A stretch of DNA of 61,949 nucleotides from Vitrella brassicaformis CCMP3155 (lineage: Eukaryota > Protista > Chromerida), in the NCBI GenBank assembly GCA_001179505.1, contig CDMY01000507.1:1-61949 (forward strand), written 5' to 3'. This document shows, in pieces, positions 60,279 to 61,949 of this stretch. The translations under genes and the position numbers were made by a program. The notes beneath the pieces were generated by a model that saw nothing but the letters and a program-made list of their open reading frames with translations, was not told where the DNA came from and searched no databases. Every line of letters begins with the position of its first letter. Position 1 is the first letter of the stretch.

Positions 60279-61949
60279 TTAATCGGCCCTCCCTCCCTTC
60301 TTGCCCCACCTGCTACGGGCCATCACCGCATCCTTGTGCCGTTGGATGCGATCGCCCTCGCGCGCCACCTTCTTGATGAATGTCTTGACTTTGTCCTTGA
60401 AGTCTCTGTGCCGCTTGTGGGCCGCATCGCTCGCGGTGGCATGGGGTCCGATGTTCTTCATGGTCTCATGCAGCTGCGCTCTGTCGTGCACGTTCTTGTC
60501 GCCAAGTATCTCGGCATAGAATGCATCGGCCTTGCGGCGCGCATCGGCCCCGCTGATGGCGTTCTGCTTCTTGAGCAGCCCATCTGCCGTGGCGATATCG
60601 GGAGGCTCCTTGCAGAGGGCGTCGTAGATGGCAGCGAAGCATCGCCGCTCAGGGGTCACCATGAGCGTGACGTAGTCGGCAATCAGCTGCACCTCAAAAT
60701 CAGTAGTATAGACATTCTGAACAGACAAAGAAACACATGCCCATGCGATGCGCCCAATGAGATGCGACTGGCTGTGCATGGCAGCATACCTATTTCGGCG
60801 AGGACCCCGCCTCTGTCGCCGTGGCCTGCTCCGACTCAACATCTACACCCACCTGAGCCCACCACACAGACAATTGCACACACATGCTGAGCTGACGAGC
60901 GTTGCGCAGTGCTGGTGCATCCATCCATCGATGTTGACAACGCACCCGGTGACTGTCGCCTTGTTGGTGCTGAGGTGAACCCACACTGGGCTGCCTGTGG
61001 CGCTTCTTGCCCCGCCCCCGCGGCTCAGAGCGGCCGGTGTGCCGTCGGCCCTCGAAGCCTATAGGCATGCTCGCGTCTGGCTTGGTGTGGTATGGCATGC
61101 CGGGGACGAGGCTGTCGGCGTACTGGGGGTGGCCAGGCGAGTAGAGGGGCAGGGGGCCGAGAGATGGGTGGTGTGGGAAGGACGGGGGAGGGGGCGGGGG
61201 GCCGAGTAGAGAGGGAAGGGGAAAATCATGGGCAGCAAAGGGCATCATGGGCGGGGGAAAATCATGGGCAGCAGAGGGCATCATGGGCGGGTAGGGCTCA
61301 CGCATCTGACCACACTGAAACATGGTGCACACGACACGACAAGGGGGAATGGTGGATGTCTGTCTGAACATATTTATTATGCGGTCTTGTCAGTCTGAGT
61401 GGTCGGGCTCACCTGATTTGCACGTAGTTGTTCGAGCTGTGCGACAAGACCACTAAACTGACTCTCCTGACCACAAATATCCGACACATGTCATGTCGTC
61501 TGCGTGATGCCCGTGTCACGTGTGAGGCCCTTACCAGTTGCTGCTGTCGAGCCATCAGGTCGAACTGTCGCCCCTCCGGCTGAGCAGTCGGCATCGCAGC
61601 GCCAGCCGAGCCCCCGGCGGCCGTCGTGTTCTCTGCACACACAGACACACGCACTCAAACACACATTCGTGGCCCCTTCCCTTGTGGGCTGGCTAGACGC
61701 CTGGGCTGCGTACCGTCAAGAGGTCTTCCCCATGTGTCGTGCATGGTCGTGATGTAGTTGCTTTGGAGGCGCTCGATGGGCATTCGGCGGTTCTTGCCGT
61801 CGCCGATGGGCTCCCACCGCAGAACCTCGAACGGCTAGTCGTGCTGCACACACACACACACACACACACAGATGGCCACAGATGCGCATTCGTTGGTTCG
61901 TGTGTACCCACCCACCCCCCCTCCCTACCTCCTTGGCAGCCCCTCCGCC
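60279..61949 (-). CDS. Hypothetical multi-exon protein, 5' end outside the window; last exon 60279-60721 is helical and basic; upstream Pro-rich exon with a PPMMPxAAHDFP tandem repeat
   Basis: Codon-like exon NVYTTDFEVQLIADYVTLMVTPERRCFAAIYDAL...WGKKGGRAD*. A 37-bp tandem repeat lies at about 61220-61292. Confidence 0.5.

Noticed and set aside
1-61949. Autonomous transposon or virus genes (RT, integrase, DDE, Rep/helicase, tyrosine recombinase, capsid)
   Set aside because: No diagnostic motifs were recognised in any frame. The gaps could hide small parts.
1-61949. tRNA, rRNA, snRNA or spliced-leader genes
   Set aside because: No T-loop/D-loop pair, rRNA signature or U-snRNA motif was found by eye. 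tRNAscan-SE and Infernal were not run.
1-61949. Alternative genetic code or stop-codon read-through
   Set aside because: All recognised conserved genes translate cleanly with the standard code once GT-AG introns are removed.

Overview
This is intron-rich, GC-rich eukaryotic nuclear DNA. It has short GT-AG introns packed with (AC)n/(TG)n, (CCAT)n and (GACA)n repeats, and six placeholder gaps of exactly 300 N. The style and gene content suggest a chromerid alga such as Vitrella brassicaformis; this is inference, not a database result. Because genes are spliced, most entries in the six-frame ORF track are artefacts or single exons. Genes recognised by manual exon joining: STK19-like (-, 16969-18128), a CBM20-domain protein (+), a secreted Kazal inhibitor (-), a universal stress protein (+), PIH1D3/DNAAF6 (+), a UBA1-type ubiquitin E1 with a signal peptide plus transit-like leader (-), and a Der/EngA double GTPase (+) head-to-head with that E1. 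There are also a spliced J-domain (HPD intact), an SH3 + F-box-like + LRR-like gene, and a second LRR-like gene of the same family. The rest (about 1-28 kb and 33.6-43 kb) is a mosaic of recently duplicated, reshuffled exon modules of a lineage-specific family, arranged as a large imperfect inverted duplication. The most unusual signals are: (i) both F-box/LRR-like genes sit between long direct repeats copied from neighbouring conserved genes, about 4 kb apart; (ii) an AT-rich ~22-bp motif occurs 19 times, mostly in pairs 137-147 bp apart; (iii) many introns are 5' (AC)-rich and 3' (TG)-rich and so self-complementary; (iv) the E1 looks like a plastid-import (SELMA) enzyme. Exon boundaries were assigned by eye and are approximate.
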